A DNA stretch of 64,000 bases from Eledone cirrhosa. Lineage: Eukaryota. Shown one piece after another: positions 52,892-64,000 of this stretch. Numbering within the stretch: position 1 is the stretch's first letter; each line of letters opens with the position of its first letter. The DNA lies in assembly GCA_964016885.1 (NCBI GenBank), contig OZ024740.1, positions 195,300,001 to 195,364,000 on the forward strand. Direction: 5' to 3'. The position numbers and the translations under genes are program-made. The notes below the pieces were generated by a model. The model was not told where the DNA came from, ran no database searches, and saw nothing but the letters and a program-made list of their open reading frames with translations.

Positions 52892-54364
52892 CCATTTAAC
52901 ATCCATTTTCAATGTTAGCATAGGTTAAATGAGTTGTTTTGTTGTGAGACAGGCCAGGTCAGATGACTGATATTTCTTGCAGAACTGGTTTAGCCATGTG
53001 TGTATGTGCTTGTGAATGCCCTTCTTTAGTCCACCCCATCTTGTGTCACACATCAATCCATCTCTGCCTCCGGTGTTTGACTTGGCTACAAAGGTTTCCT
53101 GTGGTATCTTTGGACAGTTTCTATAACAAACTAGTTGTTTTCTTTTTCTTTTATTTATTTTTTTTTTTTTCATACAAGATGCCCTAGTTCAATTCCTAGG
53201 CTTATGACTGAGTGGTATTGATAAGCAGGTAAGGATCAGATCAACTAATCTTGAGAGAGTGAGAAGAATCAATTCTAGTACTTGACTTCTACTTTATTTC
53301 ATCAACCCTTGGAAAGATGAAAGGATTTGCAAAGAATTGGAAGAAATACACAAATACTGTACAACATTCATTTAATTTTACAACAATACTACCAATTCTT
53401 TTCTGTGGCAGACTGGAAGTGTTACAGCATCACAAATGTTTTGCTATATTTGATAGAGCTCTTTACATTCTGAGTTCAAATCCTGCTAAGACCAACTTTG
53501 CCTTTCATCCTTTCAGGACCAATAAAATAAAGTATTAGTCAAGTACTGGTGTTGATTTAATTAACTTTTGCCCACTCTCCCCAAATTGCTGGCATTGTGC
53601 CTAAATTAGAAAACATCATTTGAATAAAGACCCAATATCTTCTTGTCTATACTGCTGAGCTTATAGTAGACTTATAAATAAGTCTGTATATCAGATGAGG
53701 ATATCCAAGATTTATTTTATTTTAACATCATATAATAAACACACACGTGTACATGTTTGTGTGTGTGTATGCATGTGTGTATATATCAAAAGAGAGAGAC
53801 ATATGTGTGTGTGTATGTATATATATATATATATATGCACACACACTTTGGAACTATAGAGTACCCATTGACAATTATTACAGTTCACTTCCCTCATTCT
53901 TCTCTCTTTCTTCCCTTCTCTCTCTCTCTCTCTCTTGATTCTCTCTACCAAACAGTCTTTTACTCACTCAGTTATTCTTAATATTCTTGTCATTTTCCAT
54001 CATTGGCTCTCATATTTTCCTTCCTATTGTATGTCTATGTAATTGATTAAATACTTCTAGACACTACAAGTGTACAGTTTTTGTGTATCTAAGTATATAT
54101 GCATGTACGAATGTTTCTTCAGGTGCATGTATATACAATTTTCCCTCTCCTACTCTCTTTCTATCTCTCTTATTCTCTCTCTCTCTATCTCTCTCTCTCT
54201 CTCCATACAATATACTCTAATACTCACTCTTCATAGATAAAATATATTCACAAAATTGAGATGAAAGTTTCACAATTTTCCAAATCCCTTGCCCAAAGTC
54301 AGAGAATAAATTATATTGTTCATCCTAAAACTATTCCCAACTCTTCTAGATGAACAGCTTTCAC

Positions 54365-54563
54365 ACAGACACACACACACATACACACATATACATACAC
54401 ACAGACACACAGACACACACACACATACACACATATACATACACACAGACACACACACACGTGTGTGTTATATCTACATATACATATATATGTATGCATG
54501 TGAATATATGTTTATATATACAGATAGGTTATATATATATATATATGTGTGTATATATATATA

Positions 54564-54651
<88 letters not shown>

Positions 54652-54744
54652 TATATATATACAAATATATATATATATATATACATATATATAAATACAT
54701 ATACACACACATATATATATATACACACATGTATATATACATAT

Positions 54745-54789
<45 letters not shown>

Positions 54790-55008
54790 TACATATATAC
54801 ATATATATATACATATATACATATATACATACACATATATATTTACACATATACATACACACATATATATATATATACACATATACATATACACACACAT
54901 ATATATATATATATACATATACATATACACACATATATATATATATACACATATACATATACACACATATATATATATACACATACATATATATAAATGT
55001 ACATATAT

Positions 55009-55058
<50 letters not shown>

Positions 55059-55068
55059 GTACATATAT

Positions 55069-55126
<58 letters not shown>

Positions 55127-55175
55127 GCATGTATGCAGATGTGTGTCTGTGTATACACACATGCATACGCATACA
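54365..55175. repeat. Compound (CA)n/(TA)n microsatellite tract
   Basis: Seen directly. Confidence 0.95.
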
Positions 55176-55550
55176 ATTTTCAATAACTAAATTATTAATG
55201 CCTCCATGACTTTGCACAACAATATAGAAGTGACAATATATAAAACAGACAGATGAGGAACGGGTTGTCAAGAAGTAAATAAAAGAAACACTAAACCATT
55301 TAAGAAAACAACCAATCCATGGGTTTTTTGCCCTTCTCCACAGCCAGAACACTCATCCACCCACTGCTGCTGCCAAAAGAATATAAAGTTGGGTTCACCA
55401 AGAAATCAATGTTGTGTTTCTAAAGAATTGAACAGAGGATAACGATATATTAAGGATAGCATAAAACATTTTTGAAAGAAATAATTATTCATGGTCTTCT
55501 CTTCTACTATAACTATATACCTATTCCATCTTCCTTCTTTGCTAACTCAC

Positions 55551-55684
55551 ATGAGATGAAAATTTTGAGTAGCCTATGTGCTTCAATGTCCTTCATACTT
55601 TGAGTGTATATCTACACATCTGAGATCATTCTACTGCATGGTGACAGACTCATGTGTGGGAAGCTCTTATAAAACTTCTTATTG
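55551..55684 (-). other. Candidate spliced exon (non-coding or start-codon exon)
   Basis: Long polypyrimidine tract with tttttcag acceptor, and cat|gtgagt donor. Stops occur in all three frames from the acceptor; a late ATG gives MKDIEAHRLLKIFIS. Confidence 0.35.
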
Positions 55685-58526
55685 CTGAAAAATACAGAAA
55701 AAGAAAGTAGAAGAAGAAAGAAAGAAAGACTAAACAGGAACGGCAGCAAGTGGGGAAGGGGAGATTTGAGATTGTTAAAGAGATCATGTTGCCTCTTCTA
55801 CTGCTCTGATAATACTATTCATATTTCTAATAAGGCAGAATTTTGTCCATTAAAAATAAACACCTAAGAACTCCCTAGGTTTACCTGAGAACAATAAGTT
55901 CACCTGGTTCTAATAGATCACTGTGTTATGTCTGTTGTGAGATAACCTGACTTTAGGTTTAGCCTGGAAAGAAATGGTCTCCACTCAAATGATGTGCCCA
56001 CCATAAACTACAAGAAAATGAAGTCTCTAGTTAGGCTCTTATACCTTAAAAGACAATTTTACATATCATAAGGCATCAATCAAAAAGATCCCAGACCACA
56101 TTCACTTACTGAGTGGGGGTGGACCTCACCAAATCAGACAAAGGAAACAATGTTTCCATTGCTGATACAATCTATTAGTAGCAATTCCTGGAGGAAAGAG
56201 CAATGTGAAATAAAATGTCTTGCTCAAGGATATAACGCATTGCCCATTCTGGGAATCAAACTTGTAACCTCACAGCAGATCCATGGTCAAAAACAATCCA
56301 GTTGTGACCCATTCTGCTTTTGTTTTTTGTCAGAGACCACATTATCTAATGTGTTTTTGCTTTCTTTCATACAGTAGGCTATGATGTGAGGCAGTTTAAC
56401 CGCTACTTCTAGCAGATCGTCTGACTGCATCGTGGCTGTCTTGTTGGCTGAATGCCTTTAACTAATGTCATATTGTATTCCTAAACAGATAACACTAAGG
56501 CCAATGAAAAAAATGTCCCAAACTGCTTGAATAACATATACCAACAGAAGATTTATATATTTGTTGGCACTTTTATTCCTTTTGGGCAATTTTTTGTTGA
56601 TGCATAAAAAAAAAAGGTATTGCCTATAATCGGTAGGATACCTTTCAGATAAGAAATATGTAGGAATGAGTGAAATTAGAACAATATGTCAAATATGTCT
56701 AATATCACCATTCCCTTTCAATGTTTCAAAAATATTTCACTATCTCAAAACTAATATTCAAAACTAAAAAGACCACAAATTTTGTAGGGATAATTAAACT
56801 CTAGTTTTTTTACTAATACTGGTTTTATCGATCTTGAAAAAATGAAAAGCAAAACTAACTTCAGCAAGACATTCTTTTATTTTTGTGTGCTCATGGCCAT
56901 TATCAGAAACTGCAAGAAGGAAAAAAAGAAGTTACTCTCAGGCCAGAAACTTGTCCCAAATACTTGCAACAGAGTACACTTTGCTTTAAACATAGAACAT
57001 AAGAGGACAAAAGGGGACATGGCTAAATGTCCTACAAAGTTTTTAGTCCAACACTCTACCCTTTCTGCCACTCCACTACACTACACTGTGCTTTATAAAA
57101 TCTCCACTCTTCCATTGTTTCAAACTTAGAATCCTCCATTTTGTTTTCACTGTGTGAAATCCAAATTTCTTACCATCTTTCCAGAATCATACCTTCAAGA
57201 TAGATAAGGTAAGTAGTGCTTATCCTGACTAACACTGCAGATATTAAAAATACGATGTAAATAATCTCCAACTTATTATTATTATGAACTATTAATGTAA
57301 TGTATAAAATTCAATATATAATTCAATAAATGATGAATATTTTAATGTTAACTAAGCACAATTTCCGATACTAAGGTGTGAGAGCAGCTTAACCAAGTGT
57401 TATATGGCTATAGTTATAAAACAATAAATATAGCAACAGATGAATGCTGGATGAAATGTACTAGCTGACACCAGTGGAAGGAAGCTGCAGTAAAGGAAGA
57501 CCAAGAAAAACTTTGGTAGAGGTGATTAAAGCTGATCTCAAAACATTAAACTTCACAGAAGAGATGAGGAAAGAATTCTACAAGTGGAGGGAGGATATGT
57601 TGAAAAGGACCCATCTAACTCCTGCAAGCATGGAAAAACAGGCATAAAATAATGATGATGATGATGAATGATTAAAGACAGAATAATTCCTAAATTTTGC
57701 TCAGTGTGGAGGAGCATGTTTGCATATGTGTTATGTTAGTTGCCACTGAAAAATTACTTAATTAGTACCAACTGCCTACCCTGAGTATTTATGTACAGCA
57801 CCTCATTACATCTTTAGTAGTATGAAAGCAAACTTGATCAACGACTTTCATTTCATTAAAATATATCCATCATTTTCTCTATATCAAACTTAGCATAATT
57901 GATCATATTTTGTCGAGTCACACCTGATACCCCCATCGACTTTTATTGTATTAATCTAAACACCATCATTATAAGTTATGCCAGACCAAAACTGTCACCT
58001 ATTATGGCATCAAATTTGCCATTCTTAACTGTTCATTAGTGATAAGTTAGTCATTATCCAATGTATTATTTAATTGTCCTTCAGAGGGTGCTAAAACTGA
58101 TGCAAAGGTCAGAATACATAAATCGATGCTTATTTCAACAAGTGCAGAGACTATAGCTTTGTGGAAAACAAAATACTGAGGGGTGGGGGTGTCAATTACT
58201 TAGAGACATAATCTGCATGAAAATTGACAGTTAAGTAGACGGGAACACAGAACATCAAAAAAATCTAACATTCAGAAATAAATAAAAATTAAAACATAGT
58301 AGTGCAAAAGAGTCAGACTAATATTAAAACTGAACTTAATGCTAGAAATAAATATAAATATATTATCCATCATAGTATAAAATACAGCTTTAAAATAATA
58401 TACGGAAGGTGAATTGAAGAATTTAGGCTGAAAAACCAGGAACCTATAAGCATCATTACAAAGCCACCACCACAAAACTGGTATAGTTAAAATATGGCTA
58501 CAGAAAAGATAATAGTTATAAATAAA

Positions 58527-61399
58527 TCATCATCATCATCATCGTTTAACGTCTATCGTCCACGCTAGCATGGGTTTAGACGGGAATTGTCCCACTAGCT
58601 ACCGTCTATTTTCATCGCCCTGCACTTTTTTATACAGCTGTCATCTTTCATGCGCATCACGTGACCATACCAATGTAGTCTTCTCTCGAGTAAACAGCAT
58701 CTGATCCCTCTTATTCCTAATTTCTTCCTTAGTTCATTTATGCTTTGCCGTTCACGTATATTACTATTACACATCCAGCGGAGCATGCAAGCTTCGTTTC
58801 TCTCCAGTCTGCGTATATCCTCTGCACACAATGCCCAGGTCTCACTGCCATGTAACATTGCTGTTCGTATGCAGGCATCATACAGCCTGCCTTTCATTTT
58901 TAGAGAGAACCCTTTAGCGGCCAATAGTGGTATAAGCTCTCTGAACTTTTTCCATACCGTTCTGACTCTAGCTACTGTACTTTCAGAGCACCCTCCCCCA
59001 CTGCTGATTTTGTCACCCAGGTAACGGAAGGTGTCCACTATTTCTATAGAACCATCTGGGCAATGGAATGAGCTAGTATCCTGTGGGCACTTGCTACTAC
59101 TTATTGCAACTGAGCACCGGCCACATATAAAATCTATGTTCTTACTTAGCTTACCTGTGATCCCACTACATCTTTTATGCACCCATACTTTGCATTTGGG
59201 ACATAAAATGGAGTTTCTGCCTACTCCTTTCCTACACACTGAGCATGGCCATTTCCCAGAGGAGACCAGTGCCCTATTTTCCTTCCTACATACTAGAACT
59301 TTAGTCTTAGACAAGTTAATTTTAAGGGCTTTTGATTCTAGGCCATGCTTCCATATTTGGAATTTCTTCTCTAGTTCAGCCATTGATTCAGCTATGAGCG
59401 TTAGATCATCTGTGTATAGAAGTTCCCATGAGCAGCCGGTCTTGAACTCCTCTGTTGTAGCCTGAAGGGCAATAATAAATAGGAGGGGGCTAAGGACAGA
59501 GCCCTGATGAACACCAACTTTTACGCTAAACTCTTCACTATATTCGTTGTTAATTCTAACCTTGCTGACTGTTTCTTTATACATGGCTTGTATAGCTCTC
59601 ACAAGGCATTCATCAACACCTAGTTTTCTGAGAGCCCACCAGATAATGGGGCGTAGGACTCTGTCAAAGGCTTTTTCCAAGTCAACAAAAGCTAAGTATA
59701 GGGGTTTACTTTTAGGTAGGTACTTCTCCTGTAGTTGTCCTACAATGAAAAGAGCATCTGTTGTACTTTTACCTGACACAAACCCGAACTGCATTTCGTC
59801 TAGATCAATTCGCTCTCTGATTCGATGCGCTATTACTTTTTCTCTGACCTTCATGACCTGGTCGATTAATTTAATGCCTCTATAGTTACCCCTATCTAGG
59901 GCATCTCCTTTACCCTTGTAGCAGTTGATGATGATGCTGCTACGCCAATCCTTTGGTACGACCCCATTCTGTACGACTTGGTTAACTATCCGGGTGACCA
60001 TAGTGTGTCCCACCGTTCCAGATGCTTTCAGCATTTCAGCAACTATCTCCGAAGGCACAGCCGCCTTGCCCGTCTTCATATCTTTGATTGCCTTACTTAT
60101 TATACTACCTTCAACTTGCACTGCTGGTCCCTCTATTGGATCCATGTGAAGGAGACTATCTTTCTCCCATTTATTCTCCTCATTTAGTAGCCTTTTGTAG
60201 TGACACTTCCAAGCTACCTTCTTATCAGCATCAGTGATGGCAAGTACACTATCATCATTATGGACACACTTCTCCCCGACAATATCATGGTTTTCCTTGA
60301 CACATTGCCTAGCAATCCTGAACACCTCACGTTTTTGGTCCTCGCGTTGTAGAACATGCTTGAACTTTCTTTCCTCTGCTTCTCTTCTTGCGAAGTACAC
60401 TTGTCTCCTAGCTTCCCTCCTGGTCACTTGATAGTCTTTTCTACTTCCCCCATCCCGCCATACTTTCCAAGCCTGCTTTTTGGCCTTGATTGACTCCTCC
60501 ACCTTACTGTTCCACCACCACGTTACTCTCCTCCTGCCTATAGGTCTGTTCCAGCCACAAATTTCATCTGTCGCTTTCAGCAGGTTAGCTTTCAGGAATT
60601 CCCACTGTTCCTCTATAGTGTACGACTCTAATTGCTCTTCCTTACTGTCAAAAGCAATATGCTTTTAAATTTATTACTAGCTATGGGGTCCTTTAACTTC
60701 CATATTTTTCTCCTGAGGATAGTCCTCGTCTGTTGTCGAGTACGTCTCGTCCTGACTATGAGGTCGCTAACTATGAGGCTATGTTGGGAGGTGCATTCTT
60801 CATGGGGAGGGATTTAGTGTTTACAACAGACACTCTACCATGTCTTCTGGTAAGGATATAATCTATCTGACTTGTGTGTTCCTCTGATCTATAGGTGATC
60901 AGGTGATTGTCTCGTTTTTTGAAGTTTGTGTTACAGATAGTTAGGTTATTTGTGTCACAGAATTCCAAGATTCTGGAGCCTTCCTCATTTCTAGTACCAA
61001 ACCCATAGCCTCCATGGATTCCATCATAGCAGTCACAATGTTGTCCAACGTGATCATTTAGGTCGCCAGCAATAATTATGTAGTCACTGTCAGTTATTTG
61101 CGAGGTAGTGAGCTTTAGCGACTCATAGAATCTGTCTTTTATAGTGCCGGGCAGTCCGGATTGGGGTGCATACACAGATATTATTGTCACAGTAGTTCTA
61201 TTTAGGACAAGTCTTATTTTAATTATTCTGTCGTTCACTCTATTTACGTCTATTATCTTATCTACCCATTTTTCTGCTAGCATGATTCCTACTCCACCCA
61301 ACCCATTGTCATTTCCCACCCAGAAAAGCTTATAGCATCGTTTTTTACCCACAATGAATCTAGCAGACCCACCCCTCCACCTGGTCTATTGAATACAGC
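58527..61399 (-). mobile_element. Decayed RTE LINE copy (frameshifts near 60660 and 60800, YADD>YTDD, internal 3' deletion)
   Basis: ORFs 58595-60502 and 60771-61352 are homologous to 44794-47289 (SVYAPQ, AGDLN, FVDLEKAFDRV); (GAT)n tail at 58527. Confidence 0.95.
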
Positions 61400-61422
61400 T
61401 AAATATATTGACTAATTACAGC

Positions 61423-61639
61423 TTAAGCCTTTAGAATTCCACATTACTCTATACTTACTATCGTATTTTCACAGCAAAGACTTTATCTCATATAATATTG
61501 AATCTATCAGATTTTGATATTATTTATTTTGAGAATAATACCTTAACATTGGTATGAGCAGCTGGTTATGACTGGTTTGAACAGAAAGGGGGCAGAGAAT
61601 TATGGCCAGATATGGCCAGTTTAAATGCTAAGGGGTTAA
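61423..61639 (-). mobile_element. piggyBac-like MITE copy
   Basis: TTAA..cctttagaatt / aaatgctaagggg-TTAA; same family as 29096. Confidence 0.7.
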
Positions 61640-62039
61640 ACATAAACTAAATTTAAGTGAATTTAAGAGTTTAGACAGGTAAAAAGAAAACCACTGACAA
61701 TGTTCTAAAGTCACCACCCTAGAGCTGATATATATAAAATATATGTACTCCAGACACAGAACGGGTAAAACAGAGAATTACTACAAAGAAACAAGGATAT
61801 GACTTGAAGAATAGTTAAAATGATTACTTTAATAAAGAAACAGAAAAAATGATATTTATACAGAAAAAGATTATAGATTATAAAGTAAAAACAAATTACT
61901 GGGAAGAAAAACATTAGATAAGGACAAAAGAACAGAATAGGTTCAAAACATAAAAGGCAAAATTAAAATGGAATTCCAAAATATACTGAAGAAAAAAGGA
62001 TGAGAAAAGCCACACCATAGCTAATACCCCCATGAGACT

Positions 62040-62508
62040 TACCATATATACTCATATGTGACAAAAAATAAATAGATGGTAAAATGGGAGTTGGCTTATA
62101 TTCAAGATCAATATTTTGCCAATATTCACCAACTTCAAATTCTACGTAAATATGGAGCTAAAATAGTTTCACTTTCAAGGGGAATATTACACCAGTTTCA
62201 CTTTGGAGATGAATATTACATGATTTCACTTTGTAGGTAAAATTTGTTTTTCCTATTGCTTTGAATGAACATGGGCTTCAAAATGGTTGGAAATTGGTAA
62301 AAAATATCATTATATAATGGGGTTGTAAAACAAAAACTGCACTCTAAACAACACTTAAAACATTTTAAATATCAAAATACTAAAACTTCATTAATATCTT
62401 CTCCATTCATGATATTTTCAAAAGGAAGCTGTTTCAGCAGCATTTCTTAGACATAAAATAGGGGGTTAGCTTATATTCGGATCAGCTTATTCGCGAGTAT
62501 ATACAGTA
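62040..62508. mobile_element. Probable pogo/Tc2-type MITE
   Basis: Imperfect TIRs taccatatatactc / gagtatatacagta with TA ends; repeated subterminal gcttatattc motifs. Confidence 0.55.
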
Positions 62509-63107
62509 ACAGACAGGAAGTAGATCAGACTGAAAGCTCTGGACTAAAAACAGAAATAGGTCTGATCTTAACTGCATAGGACCAATGCTAAGTCAACAAC
62601 AATGCTAAGTCACAAAAAAATAAAATAAAAAAGATGTTATCACCAAATGCAAACTATGCAACAAGTGAAATACGACAGTTTACCATATCTGTTTTAGCTG
62701 ACTAATCTTTGCTATGTCCAAGTATATTCTCAGACATATTAAGCCAGCAGTTATATCCACAGGGCAATATGCCAACAATTCAATGTGAAAATAAATAAAA
62801 AGTTGTCTAAATATGTACCAGGTATTAACCTACTCACAATCATCTGGAATATGCAATGTCCAAATAGAAACAAGAGATCAAGGAAAACCATCTAGATATA
62901 ATTGTCAACAACTGAGAAATCATTAATAGTAAAAGAAGCAATAAAGTGATGGAATTAATAATGGTTTCTACTTTTGGCACAAGACCAATAATTTTTGAGA
63001 GAGAGGAACATTGATTACATCAACCCCAGTACATTACTAGTACTTTATTTTATCGATCCCGTAAGGATGAAAGGTAAAGCTAACCTCAGCAGGATTTGAA
63101 CTCATAG

Positions 63108-63147
63108 TGCCAGAAGTGGGATTCAAACCCACGCTGGGAAAACCCAA
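63108..63147 (-). pseudogene. tRNA-Leu-like 3' half (variable arm, T arm, acceptor strand)
   Basis: Minus strand tggg-tttt-ccca gcgtgggtttgaatcccacttctggca resembles metazoan tRNA-Leu 3' ends; no 5' half. Confidence 0.55.
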
Positions 63148-63516
63148 CTTGGTGCATCGGCTGGTGGAATCTGCTTCTTAGATGGGCACAAAACCATGAA
63201 GCTTTAGAGAAAGAAGTGGTAGTCATAGCAGGCCTGTCACCAAGGGATATGAGGGGCACTGGATGACACTAAAACAAATGAATGACCATGGGTTTTGCAC
63301 CTAGAAAGTTCCTCTTCCAGGGTGTCTTTGGGGAAAACCTATACATAACAGTCTCTTCTCTCCAAACCACTGATATTGTCTAAGACAGCTTGGCACCAGT
63401 GATGTTGCAACTCATTTCTACAGTTGAGTCAACACAATGCATCACCCAGTCCAGGAATCAATATTGCACTGTCAGATTTTGAAAATTTAGTGATATGCTT
63501 ATTCCAAATTTCAACC

Positions 63517-63730
63517 TTAACCCTTTAGTATTTAAACTGGCCATATCTGGCCAAAATTCTCTCATTTCTTTCTTTTCAAACCGGCCATAACCAGCTGCTT
63601 ACATTAAGGTATTGTTCTCAAAATAAATAGTATCAAAATCTCATAGATTCAATATTATATGAGATAATTATGTGAGGTAAAGCCTTTATCATGAAAATAT
63701 AGTACATATAGAGTAATGCTAACGAGTTAA
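63517..63730 (+). mobile_element. piggyBac-like MITE copy
   Basis: TTAA-ccctttagtattt ... aatgctaacgag-TTAA; same family as 29096. Confidence 0.7.
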
Positions 63731-64000
63731 AATTACTGTGAACTAAAATGTCCACCCAGAATGCCAGAATGTTCTGAAGCCTTACACCCACCAGCTTCAC
63801 AACTGGCCTGAGTCATAGTCAAGTGAATTAAGTCATCGTCATGATTGTTGCTGCCACCACTATCATCATCATCAACATCATCCTCAAATGTTCATTTTCC
63901 CTGCTAGCAAGAGTTTTATGGATGATCACAAACCAAGTCAGTATTTAATCAGAGCCACTGATGTGCCAGGTTCTCATCTTACTCACATCTTTCTGCATAG

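Overview
AT-rich, microsatellite-dense metazoan DNA that looks intronic or intergenic. The repeat repertoire (Nin-domain tRNA SINEs, RTE LINEs with (GAT)n tails, very long TA/CA arrays) suggests a coleoid cephalopod such as Octopus; this is an inference. No complete host gene is evident, and almost all track ORFs are microsatellite or antisense artefacts. The recognisable coding sequence is retroelement-derived: a near-intact 5'-truncated RTE LINE (44.7-47.6 kb, +) nested in a Helitron-like element, a decayed RTE copy (58.5-61.4 kb, -), a decayed Tx1/L1-clade LINE (42.0-44.3 kb, -), a CR1/Jockey-group RT remnant and a Penelope GIY-YIG remnant. The most notable signal is a set of long fold-back palindromes embedded in (TA)n arrays. 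They carry minimal type I hammerhead ribozyme motifs and appear to be Penelope-like or retrozyme-like elements. Other notable signals are an apparently (GATA)n-targeting Tx1 LINE, a SINE sharing its tail with the local RTE, a bipartite non-autonomous RTE and several weak minus-strand exon candidates. All coordinates were read by eye and may be off by a few bases.
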